DNA of 64,000 nucleotides, taken from Eledone cirrhosa. Taxonomy: Eukaryota. Shown one piece after another: positions 1 through 11,555 of this stretch; the first letter of the stretch is position 1; each line of letters opens with the position of its first letter. The stretch is taken from the NCBI GenBank assembly GCA_964016885.1, contig OZ024744.1:75082001-75146000 (forward strand), read 5' to 3'. The notes under the pieces were generated by a model. The model saw nothing but the letters and a program-made list of their open reading frames with translations. It searched no databases and was not told the origin of the DNA. Position numbers and translations under genes: made by a program.

Positions 1-780
1 ACCAGAACCATTGACACCTTCAGCTCTCGTATTCTGCTTAAGGTTTTCAATGTATGTAACGTGACATTTGCCATGCTTTCTCACTCTATGTTGTGGATTC
101 CGTATTTCAAAATTCCAACTTCAATGCTTCCTTTTCTGGATATGATGCACAATGTCCTGACAGAAGTAAGCTACCTTCTTTAATATTCACATTTATTTTT
201 GGGACGTTTCTATACAAATATCTGTTTGTCATATGCAGCTACAATTTCAAAGTAACTGTCAAAATATATTGTTCTTGTGTAACAAACATCAATACTGTTT
301 ACTGTTAATTTAACGAGTGTCTATCTCTCACTGTCATAAAAGAGCACCAATTCAATAGTGGTTAGAAGGAACATTATTGTGTTCCTCTTGGCAGTTATGA
401 CTTCCAGATTTTCTTTCGAAAATAATATTTTGTATGAGTGCATATTGCTTTGGTGTTGGTTCTGACTCTAACTTATAGGTTTCTATAGGCTATGCATGTT
501 AGCCTATTTTCACAAGTCATATAGAAAAGCCATGACAAACTAAAGTTTTTTTTCCTGTTGATATTACGATTTTTCTCATCTTCATAAATGTTTTACCTCC
601 AGACGAGGGTCCTACAAGAAACCTTCTGATTTCCATAACTTAGTAGCATTTTCTCCAAATTAGAATTACTTTTGTAAGTCTCAGAATGAAGCCTTTTTAT
701 TTATGTTATCTATGCTCTTTGATCATGTTTTAATAATATTATTGAGTTTCGAAGCAGTTTTGGAAACGCATGTTGATATA
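1..780 (-). pseudogene. Highly decayed pogo/Tigger-like (CENP-B HTH + DDE) transposase fragment
   Basis: Manual minus-strand translation gives broken motifs in the expected order: SNLEKMLL (CENP-B HTH-like, ~670-645), WLFY (DETGLFY-like, ~530), GCATATGACAAACAGATATTT (AWMTxxIF-like, ~230), LLLSGHCASYP (LLxDNCxAHP-like, ~160), MANVTLHTLKTLSR (MDxGVIxxLKxxYR-like, ~70-30). Many stops and frameshifts. Confidence 0.35.
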
Positions 781-1018
781 ATAATTTAAAAGATTGAAAA
801 GCTAATTGGAAGACGAAACATTTCAGTCATACCAGTTCTTTACCTTTCAAATTCTAAATCTTACACATAAAATACAACATAAGATCTGCTCTTATAATCC
901 GTTCCTTCAACTTTCTACAACTTTTAACATGACTTCAACTAAAACTAACGCTTTTTCAAACTTCAACTGTTAACCAACGTTAAAAGGTTCCTGACTTGAA
1001 GAAACAAACCAGATCTTA

Positions 1019-1060
1019 TATTCACTGATGAAAGTCTTTGAGACTGAAAGTTTATGAATA
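1019..1060 (+). ncRNA. Minimal type I hammerhead ribozyme motif (probably a Penelope pLTR remnant)
   Basis: tattca-CTGATGA-a-AGTC-tttga-GACT-GAAA-gtTTA-tgaata: 6-bp helix I, 4-bp helix II, conserved core, very short helix III. Confidence 0.65.
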
Positions 1061-2290
1061 CAACACTACGTTTAATTTTTATACACATTGTTTGACCTTC
1101 CAATCATTTAAATGTATTATATCGACACAACATTTTAAAAAAACTGCCCCGAAACTCAATAATATATATCCAAACCACAACCACATATGAACCGGATGAA
1201 TTAAGGTAATTATAGCTTACTTTTCCCTTATCTTCTGAACACTTCGTAGAAATATATATATTCACATATATATATATGCGGATATGTATAAATATTAATT
1301 GCTTATGTATTTGTATATGGGTATGTATACGTATATGTGTGTGTATTTCGGCATATATAGATATATATATAGTTTTTATCGTCCAACCTTTGCGAAAAGA
1401 ATAGAAAGAAAAAAACAATATTTTCATATATATGAACTCTATCTACTTCCTCATTGAACGTACCTGTACATTGAATACATGATCCTAATTAAATACTCTG
1501 TTGCTGCAAGTTTCGTCACTTATTTTAAAAAAGAAAAGATCTACTAAAGATTTCGTTTCAGCTAAATTTTTTCGACGTTAATCAACACTAAAAACATTTT
1601 CTGTAATAAATATGGTCTCTACTTTTCAAATTCTAAATTTCCCATTTAGGAAAGGAAAAAGAAAATATATGCTTCAGCGAATTCCTCGAGAGTTGAATTA
1701 GAGTACTGATTGGTGCTTGAATGAACGGATTATGCATTCATAAAACATAAAAGGCCTGTCCTTTTGTCTAGAGCATTTGGAACCGATGTGAAATGTAATG
1801 ATTTACACTATTGTGTATATTAAATATGTTGAATATATATTTCTATTATAATCGTTTAATCTTAATTTTATTATCATTCTGTGAACACCCGTTTTGCATG
1901 TGAGTTTGCATTTCATATTTGCATTTCATATTTGCTCTCATTTGGGGGTGCTTGTAAGAAATGAAACCCTAACCGGGTATACTTCGTCTTTCTACGCTCG
2001 ATAAAATAATTCCGTAATACTTTTGTATTTGTTTAACACATTATATCCATTGAAACAAATTTCTAACATTTTTGAAAAAAAGGAATCGCATTTAAGTATG
2101 TCCTTGCGTGAAATCATTACAAGGTAAACTACTGTTTTATTTCTTATGGTTACATTCGGGAATACCATTAATATAGTGAGATTAATTCAATCAATTATAT
2201 CACCTTCATTATAAGGTGGGCTTGTCCCAATAAAAGTATTCATTATTGTTTCATTTTTTTAAAATTCCAGTTAATATATTTGCTACTGTT

Positions 2291-2475
2291 AGAGCGGTGA
2301 ATTGGCAGTATAGATAGAGCGTCGGTTATCATATATAGCGATATATGGTTAAGTCTTTATACGTTCAGAGTTCAAATCCTGCGGAGGGTAGTTATGCTTT
2401 TCATCCTTACAGGGTTGATAAAATAAAGTACCAGTAACGCATAAATTGTTGGCCTTGTGCCTGAATCAGAAAATA
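2291..2475 (+). mobile_element. tRNA-derived SINE (family A), diverged
   Basis: A-box TGGCAGTATAGATAG, B-box GAGTTCAAATCC, central TTTCATCCTTACAGGGTTGATAAAATAAAGTACCAG, tail GGCCTTGTGCC. Confidence 0.85.
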
Positions 2476-3126
2476 TGTGGTTTTCGTTGCTGTTGTCAAT
2501 GTCCTTTTGAAGGTTGTTGTGTTATGGTTGGTTTGTTTTAGAAATCACTACCATTCTAATAGAAGCTGCATAATGTGCCTCTTAATCACAATCATTCGTT
2601 TCTAGATGAATGAATGCATCATATAGATTATATACTTACTTTGCCTTTTGATATCATAGAATCACATTATTTATAATTAATAACATTGGAACGTAGTTTA
2701 AAAATACATGAAAAGCAAGAATTGAAAATGCCTTAAAGTTAGGATTTTTCTCAAAGTGTAATCACCGTTATCTCATATGTGAATAAAATAAAACATACGA
2801 AGTATCTTTAAAATTTGCTTTCGCATCTTTTATTAAATCCTGGCAATACAAACAAATATAAAAACACGGATATGATAAGGCACCATTAATATTATACATC
2901 ACATTGACGCTCATGCATATTAGATCATGCATACACACACAAACAGACAGAAAGATACACGCACACATGCACACACACAGACGCACTCGGAGGCAAACAC
3001 ACCACCATACAAACATATATAGATATAATTTTACTCGGTATACCAAATATTATACACCAGAATAATTGACACTACAGAAAACAGAAATACCACCATACAA
3101 TACACGAAAATTAATATATATATATA

Positions 3127-3165
<39 letters not shown>

Positions 3166-3172
3166 ATGTATC

Positions 3173-3203
<31 letters not shown>

Positions 3204-3208
3204 ATGTA

Positions 3209-3281
<73 letters not shown>

Positions 3282-3914
3282 ATATATATAAACAAAAATA
3301 AATTATATATATATATATATATTATTTATTTATGTTTATACACGGAACAAAAGCGCAACCTAAGGTTTCTTGGCCTAATAGTGTAAGAGGCATAGTAATT
3401 CAGACCTAATCTTCAGATGCTTTTACGAGTCTGAAGATACCGTTAAAAGTATAGCGCGTTAACATGCTAGTTTAGTAAAACGTATTATAACAAAGGGAAG
3501 TAACTCAAAGATATAAATTTGAAATAACAAATTGATTGTACAGAAATTCATGTCCATACACTATATCAGATATATAGTATTGTGTGTTAGTATGTAATAT
3601 AGAGAGGGTAATATTTATTAAGCTATGGAGTAAAATAGTATAGATGGGGTACGGTATTATGTAAAAAGAAAAAAAGAAAAAATATTAAAAAAGTATATAA
3701 ATCCAATTAACGTGTTTGAGTTGTTGAATATTCATATGAATACTAACACAAGTATATATATTATTTTATAGTTTGATATATCAGAAAAATTGTATTTACG
3801 TATTGGACTTTTGTCCTTCATCGTAAAATCGATTTAGAGATATAAGAAATAGAAAGTTAGACATGATTAAAAAAAGAAACTAAAAGGGATATTGTTTTCA
3901 CTGTAGAAAACATC

Positions 3915-3974
<60 letters not shown>

Positions 3975-3980
<6 letters not shown>

Positions 3981-4290
3981 TTTCTGAATATGTTTAGCAA
4001 GATTCTTTATCTCAAAAGGTGTGTTGAAACCGATATTGTTATACTTTGGGAGGGTCATGTTGCCAATAAGAAACACACGCACCGGTTGCTTTCACTCAAA
4101 TAAAACAAACACACAGACACCCGGGTGTAACACATGCGCAAACGAAGCACACAACACACAAGAGGCACAAAACAAAGAAAATAATTCCCAGTCACTGAAG
4201 AGGTCACGTAATGTGTGACGAAATAACTTTGACAATAATTGAACAACCGGTTGTGGAATCAACCAACAACCGGAAATTTATAAATGTTTA
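3975..4290. mobile_element. Penelope pLTR-like fragment with hammerhead motif at 4191-4233 (+)
   Basis: ATATTGTTATACTTTGGGAGGGTCAT is shared with pLTR ends at ~23722, ~25570 and ~57765; gtca-CTGAAGA-g-GTCAC..GTGAC-GAAA-taactt-tgac. Confidence 0.55.
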
Positions 4291-4304
4291 ATGTTTTTTG
4301 TTTT

Positions 4305-5332
4305 TTTTCTCTCCTTCTCTTGCACTCTCGTGTCGAATGGGCAGGCCACATCCACAATCAGGCATGATCTTTTTTCCTTGTCCAAAACCGCCAGGTCAGT
4401 TCTATTGTGTTCTGTATCCTAAAATCCCACAGCACCTTCACCTGATCGTTTTCTATCACCGCCTCTGGCTTATGCTCATACCACTTCTCTGAATGTGGTA
4501 AATTGTTTACTTTGCATAGGTGCAGTGGATCACCCTGCCCATCAAATCATGTCTCCAGCCTTTATGGTGAGTCTGGGCTAGGTGTTTACACTCGTATATA
4601 ATGTGAGCCACAGTCTCCTCTCTCTCTCCACAGATCCTGCACAGTGGGCTAGCCTCCTCCTTGTAAATATGGTGTTTAAGTCACTTCGTTAGGAGGGCCT
4701 GCTCTTGCGCAGCCATTAGCATTCCTTCTGTAGCCTTTTTAAGGTCTCCTTTTTTCAACCAGTTCCATGTCTGTGGATCTCTGAATTCAGATTTCTCAAA
4801 GAAGGTACTATGAAGGGATTTTTCATGAAGGCTGCTCTTTCTCCTTGTTCTTATTTCCTCCTTGGACATCCCCTGGTCTATTATCCTCTACTTCAGTACA
4901 ATTCTGAGCATTGACTCCTAACTATCAGTCACGTATTTGTGTAGGTTGTTTTTCTCCATCTGAACACAGTCCTCTATGCTGATAAGACCACTTCCAGCTT
5001 CAGATCTCCTTAAGTAGAGTCTATCGACATCACTCCTCTTGTGGAACATGTTGTAGATAGTCAAGAGCTTCTTAGTCTTCCTATCCATTTCTTTTTGTTC
5101 AGCAACATTCCATCTCAGTATGTACCTAATAATAGACACAGCTCGGGAATTTACTGCACTGATGGCATTCCTACTGTTCAGATGTGACATTAATACGCTC
5201 CTTATTCTCCGAATGTATCTTATCAATTCCTTCATTTTTTTGTTCTTGATGTCATCAGCCTCCAGAACACCTAAATACTTGTATCCTTCTTCAGTGTCAA
5301 TTTCCTTTATCATTTCACCTGATGGTACCTGG
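4305..5332 (-). mobile_element. R4/Dong-clade non-LTR retrotransposon fragment (family 1), truncated at both ends
   Basis: Near-identical to 11845-12885; ORFs 4918-5421 and 4681-4869 carry YKYLGVLE, RLYLRRSEAGSGL, EGMLMAAQEQAL; CRIC zinc knuckle and start of the RLE domain. Confidence 0.9.
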
Positions 5333-5346
5333 TAATTATTATAATT

Positions 5347-5852
5347 ATAGTTGCATTTATCTTGCTTTATGTTCATACGAGTTATCACCAAGTCACAACC
5401 AGTGACCTCAAGAGACAACAAGGTCCGCCATGTTCAAAAAAGAACATACATACTCACACATGCATCTTTAGTGTTTAGACTTGTGATGTACTTATATTGA
5501 CAGAATCTTCCTTAGTATATGGGCAGTTCCCATTAGTACTATCTTTTGTATTTCTCCTATACGCGGGTTTCCTGGGATTTGCGATAAATAATCATTAGAC
5601 CCCTTAGGTATCATTCCTAGAGCGCCTACAACCACTGGTATTGTTTTAGTTCTCAATTTCCACATGTTTCCAATTTCTATCTCCAGGTCCTTATACTTGC
5701 TCAATTTTTCAAATGTTTTTATAGATACATTCTTATCTATTGGAACGGGCATATCAATTAGCAGGCATACCCTCTTTTTAAAGTCCTTCAGTATTATATC
5801 AGGTCTATTTACATCCATTTTTCGGTCTGTTTGGATGCTACATTTCCACAAG
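5347..5852 (-). mobile_element. 5'-truncated R4/Dong element (family 2): RLE endonuclease C-terminus plus 3' UTR
   Basis: ORF 5492-5851 NRPDIILKD..LLID..KYKDLEIE..IPVVVGALG..QKIVLMGTAHILR; bounded by TAA-type repeats on both sides; near-identical to 16046-16550. Confidence 0.9.
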
Positions 5853-6175
5853 ATTATTATTATTATTATTATTATTGAATGCCATGTTTGATGGAGGCTC
5901 GGCTCTGTAAGGTATTGTAAATTTTAACCGCTATAACAATTGTAAATTGTTTAAAACTTTAACCAGATTGTAGACAAAAATACCCTCCTCCCCGTGAGAG
6001 GGGTCTTTCTGCCCGTTATTTGGCCCTTCGGGGTTAAATAATCGCCTATTTGGGGTTTTGTGCTCAATATTTATTTTAAACAAAAAGATAACATGGCTAC
6101 AAAAAAGAATGTTCACAAGTCACTCCCACTCATTCCGTCTTCTTCTTCCTCAATCGTCACTACATCAGAGAGAAG

Positions 6176-7850
6176 ATGGTCTCCTCCCTCCCTTCTCTAA
6201 ATGTGTCTCTCTCCCTCCCGTCTCTTTCGCAAGCGACGCCAGTAAAGAAAAAGAAAAATATAGTTTCTGATAGTTTCCTCGAGCACGTGCAAACCGAGGA
6301 ACATTTCTCCACGACGACGACAACGACGAAAAAGGTGTGCGGGAAATACGGAAACCTATTTCATTCGTCTGACGTCATGAATAATAGCAGTAGCAACCGT
6401 AATAACAGCAGCAGCAGCAATAGTGACAAGGAAACCAACAGTAGCAGCCGCAACAGCATCAGCAGCAGCATAAACAACAACAGCAGCAGCAGCAGCAGCA
6501 TCAACAACAACAGCAGCAGCAGCAACAACAACAACCACAGCAACAGAGGTGGCGGCGGTCGTAGTACCAGCAGCAACAACAAAATTAACAGCAGCTCTGA
6601 CGACAACATCAACAACAACAACAACAACAGCAAAAAAAAACCAATCTCGTTTGCAGGTATCGCAAAGAACCTGAAAACCATCCTCATAACAAATAAGGAA
6701 TTACAGGAAGCAAAGAAGATGGGGACGAAAACCGTACACCGAGCAATCTGCAAGGCAGCCGAAATTTTTTTCGAAACCAACAGCACTGTACGGTCACGTA
6801 CCGTACAGTAAGCACAAAATCCCGTAGGGTTGAAAGTGCCACAGAAGCTCAAATACAAAAAGCCTTGGGGTCTGTGTGGCAGCGGAAAACGCATATCACC
6901 CGATGCAAGAAATATGCCACTGTAGACGTGCTTTTTGCCACACCCCAGCAGGCAAAGGCTCAATCCTTAGTGACCCTAAGGAGCGAGGAAATGGTTTTGG
7001 TGCCCTCCTACTGCGGGCAAGACATTGTGAGGGTCAAACTGACCCACGTCCCTCCCTCTCCCTTAATGGAAGTATTAATAACAACAACAGTAATACCAAC
7101 TGCAGCTGCAACAGAGACTCCACTGCGAACATCACCAACAACAACAAGTGAAAGAGTGGAGCTGGTACCCCTCCCCGCCCTCACAGAATCAGACATGAGT
7201 GTGAGGTGGGAGAGGGATGGCAAAAGGTCGCAAGAAGGCACAAACGCAGAAGCAACGCATCGTCGCATTCGAAAAGGGAGGAAAGAAATGAAAAAAGGTT
7301 AAAGGCTACTGCAACACCACCAACACCATCACCACCCACACTAGCACCACCATCACCACCGGCGACAACCCCACCGCCAACAACAACAACACTTTCAACA
7401 CCACCACCACGAGCACCAACATCGCAAACACAACAACAAAACACACACACCCAGCAACAACGACAAGAAAATAGCAGAACCACACCCAAACCCCAGAAAA
7501 ACAAATGCACGGCAATAAATACACACAACAAGAAACTAATGACTTACATAATTGAACACACAGACATTTCACAGCACGACTACATAAAACCAGCACCAAT
7601 CAAAACACCAACGAACATAAGACTGGTAAGAATAGCAAAGAAACAATACACAAACACTAAAACGAAATTCCCCAACGCAGTTGGTGATTTCAGAGACCTA
7701 GGCGGGACTCTCAACCGGAGAGTATATTCGGACATACTCATAGAAGAGCCGACGACCAGCCGAAGGCATGATTCAACGGTCCCTTCACCAGACGATCAAG
7801 TGAAAAGCGATGGAGAAACCATCTTTCCTCTACGAAAAGTAAGATAAGTG
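6176..7850 (+). pseudogene. Tx1-like ORF1 remnant with low-complexity N/S and P/T tracts
   Basis: Overlapping ORFs 6176-6811, 6865-7302, 7206-7847; WQRKTHITRCKKYATVDVLFA..MVLVPSYCGQDIVRV aligns by eye with WAQKRYISRGSRYGTVDMLFA..MMPTYCCQRVVRV at 46123-46482. Confidence 0.65.
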
Positions 7851-7881
7851 GTCTTTCCCATCTTTTCCACTCCATTTCAAC

Positions 7882-10800
7882 ATGACCTCACTCAGAGTAG
7901 GCAGCATAAATGTGCGTGGCTTAGGGTCGGCATAGAAGCAGGGCCACCTGCTCAACGACCTCAGGTCACTAAACATAGATGTAGTGGCCATCAGCGAGAA
8001 CAGAATCTCCGAAGCACGGGATTCGCACCGATCTTCGGCGGCTTCGATGTGTACGCATCTCCCAGCCGTCCTGGATCGGAGGGAGGATTTGCTGTGCTTT
8101 TTCGGAGAGGTTTGGATCTCGCCATACGGGCCATCTTCCTGGACCCAGAAGGTAAGTTGCTGGTGCTGGACGTGACCAGCGGAGACGGGCAAGCTTTCAG
8201 ACTAGTGGCCGTCTATGCCTCGGCAGGAGCAGGTGGGCCTTATTTCTTCCGGCGTCTGGAGACCTTTCTTGGAACGTCCCGCTCCTTAGTGTTAGTGGGC
8301 GACTGGAACGGGATCTTAGATGCACGCTGGGACTGTGTGGGATTAGCGGATAGGGGAGGAGGGTGCAAGAGCCTCACCAACCTGCTCAGGCGTTTTGAAC
8401 TGTCTGACAGGTACAAGACTGGATTTCCCGAATGTGCCAATGTGGACTTGGACAAATCGTATAGGGTCATCCATATCATATCTAGATAGTGTATTTTGTA
8501 GGGAAATAGATAGGTCTAGCATAGGCTGTCCACAATTTAAGATAGTCAGCTATAGGGACCACAAATTCGTGGTCTGTGTCCTTGACTTAGATAGGCTTCT
8601 TAGACGAGGACCCGGCTACTGGAAGCTAAACGCATCCTTACCAGCGCGCAAGGCCTACAGAGACCGGATTAGCGAACTAGTTAAGCGGGCGTTGACGGGG
8701 GCCATCGTCAACAACAAGTGGTGGTTTGCTCTGAAAAGAGCGATTAGAATAGAGTCCATTTGTTTAGTAAGGCTTTAGCAATAGAGAAAAATAGAGCAGA
8801 GGGAGAACTAGTTAGAAAATTAGACGAGGCGCTTAGTAAAGGCATCGCGACCGACGTACTTGCGGCAAAATTGGCCCTTGACCAATTCTTCAATGCAAAG
8901 CACGAAGGCTGCGTTGTCAGAGCTAGGGTGCGTGCTCTCAGGCACGAGGGGACGAAAGTCGTTCAATGGGCCCGAGTGGCGGAGGCGCATCGTGGCAACA
9001 AAGGCCACGATCCGGTCTTTGGTAGACCACGACGGGCGCATGCTACTCGATCCCGAGCAAATCTGTGAAACTTTTCAGCGAGACTTCGCTCAGCTGTTCG
9101 GGGCCAGCGGTAGGTCGGGTCGAGGGATGGACTTTAGTGTCTACGTCGACGGACTGCCGTGGCTCTCGGCCACTGAGGCGGAGTGTTGCGAAAAGCCGAT
9201 AACAGCCGCTGAAGTAAGGAAGGCAATGACTGGCTGAACAAGGGGAAAATCGCTTGGTTTGGATAGTCTGCACTATGAACTTTACGTACAGATGACAGAC
9301 TTGTTCGGAGGACTCTTGGCGGACGTCTACTGCAACTGGCACAGAACGGGAGAATTCCCAGCTCTGTGAGCCGAGGAGCGGTGGCGCTGCTGAGAAAGGA
9401 TCCGAACAAGGTGGATAACATTGATAATTTCAGGCCCATAACTCTGCTAAACACAGAGTTCAAGATTTTGGCCAAGGTGCTAGCAAAGGGGTTAGCGCTT
9501 GTCGTTGGTAGTCTGGTGGGAGAGGCGCAGACATGCGCCATTCCCGACAGATCCATCCATGACAACCTCCACCTCATGCGATACATCATAGAGAGGGAAC
9601 CTGGCACGGGTGGGTCATTGATCAATTTAGATCAGTCGAAAGCTTTCGATAGGGTCGACCATCGTTACCTAGCGGAAGTCCTGAGGGCGGCTGGCTTTGG
9701 GCCCGTCTTCAGAGGCTGGATCGCTGCCATGCACAGCGACATCTGCTCTGTAGTGAGAGTGACTGGTCACATTTCAGAACCCTTCAACATCATGCGCTCG
9801 ATCCGCCAAGGATGACCCCTCTCGTCCCTCTTGTACGTATTGACTCTCGAGCCATTACTGCACAAACCGGAGACGTAGAGGGGCGTCCCGCGCGAACTAG
9901 GATGCGGAAGATCCGTGTCAGCATATGCCGACGATGTCACCGTAGTGGTGTCGAACGTCAAACACATCGACGCGATCGGCACTACACTAAGAGAATACGA
10001 AGCGGTGACAGGAGCAATGATCAACCAGGAAAAGTCAGTGGGCCTGCAGCTCGGCACCTGGAGAGGCAGGTCCATGCCGTCCAACAGCGTCGGCAGGCGC
10101 TGGACGGCATGGACCGGTTAAATTGCTAGGGGTCTGGTTCGGTCCGGACCTCCAGACGGACAAAAACTGGGACGAGGTGACGAGCAGGGTGGCTTCTCTC
10201 ATCCAGAAATGGGCGGAGAGGAAGCTATCCCTGAAAGGTCGAGCGGAGGTGGCTAACGCGTACATCGCGTTCGTCATCTGCTACCGCCCGACCGTCGTAC
10301 CTTGTCATAAGCCCCGTCTGATTCCGCTGGAGCGATTGCTCTTTCACCTTTTGTGGAAGGGACGTGCTCCGATGGTCAAGCGGTCCATCTGTTGTCAACA
10401 CGCGCTACGTGGAAGGCTGGGATGCCGTGGCTGATGATGCGCAGACACGCGCTAAGGCTACGACATCTCCACCTCTTTCTCGACGGTGATCATGTGTGGT
10501 TGCCGTTTGCTAGACGCGTATTTCCCCAGCTCGTTTCCTTGACGGAGCTGCAGTCCTGGGTCAAGCGAAGACCGAGAGGGAGCGCTTTGAGACTAGAATG
10601 TCTTCAGGCGCTCGCAGCCCTCGACCAATCGTGCAATGTGATCGGTGGAAAATCCACTTCCGCGTTCTATAGAGGATTAGTGGAGGGTAAGAGCGACGAC
10701 GTACTTGGGGAAAATCTAGGCCTCGACGGAAATCAACTAGCCAATCTCTTCGGAAGAACTTTCGGGCCGGGGCCTATGGACAACTTCCAGAAATCCCTGG

Positions 10801-11291
10801 CCTGGCAGTGCTACCGAGGAGCCTTGTCTGTTCGGGATAAACTCTATAGGCATGGAGGTACCGACAGCCTGGCATGTCCGAGATGCGCGCAGGGCGACGA
10901 AACCGTCGTGCACACACTCGTCCAGTGTCCGAGCATTGCTGACTTGTGGGTTTATGTCGAACACCTGCTGTCGCGTGTAGGACTGATCCGGCTATCAGCT
11001 AAGTCCATCGTGGGGATTTCCCCGCCCTCTTCCTTTAGCCGGGAAGGGCAGCCAGTTTTTATCTGTCTGGTGGCCATGGCGAAAGAGATAGTATGGTGGA
11101 CACGTTTGAAAGGGCTGAAGACGAGCACTTACCTCTTCTGTGATGCCCTGATTAACCTTTTCAAATTTCATTTGAAAAGGAAAATCAGGGTAGAGAGGTA
11201 AGTGCTCTCTTCCCAGCATTTTGTTGAAAGATGGGTGAGAGAGGCAAGAATGGCCCGAGTGAATGGGCCTACTCTCAGTATGTGTCTGTAA
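7882..11291 (+). pseudogene. Tx1 ORF2: apurinic-like endonuclease + reverse transcriptase + C-terminal Cys/His region, multiple frameshifts and stops
   Basis: MTSLRVGSINVRGL start; LVGDWN, SYLD, DHKFV, GPGYWKLNASL (APE); FRPITLLNTEFKILAKVL, LDQSKAFDRVDH, IRQG*PLS, SAYADDVTV, INQEKS, LGVWFG (RT); CPRC..ETVVHTLVQC. Confidence 0.92.
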
Positions 11292-11555
11292 ATTAAAGGT
11301 GGAAAACTGGGAGAGGGCACTTGCCCTGGTGGTCAGGCTCACTGTGGCCTTTTAATGGGCTTTCTCCACAAATGTCCCTCCGAAGTCTCCCCCCTATTGG
11401 GGAATTTTTCATTGTTATTTTTATTACATCCTCTGTTTTTGTTTTTTACACGCAGAAATGCCCATTTGTACCATCCTCTATTTCCTGTACTGTCCCTAAT
11501 GTCTACTTAATGTAAACCCTTGTGGTTAATAAAGAAAGTATTATTATTATTATTA

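Larger units (their letters stand above)
5878..11540 (+). mobile_element. Near full-length L1/Tx1-clade LINE, inactivated
   Basis: Starts after (ATT)n 5853-5877; ORF1 remnants 6176-7850, ORF2 remnants 7882-11291, T-rich 3' UTR, AATAAA at ~11528 then (TTA)n. Confidence 0.9.

Noticed and set aside
3440-3475. CTGAAGA..GCGCGTTA hammerhead candidate (also 63100-63140 on the minus strand)
   Set aside because: One of the two core boxes is missing in each; too degenerate to call.
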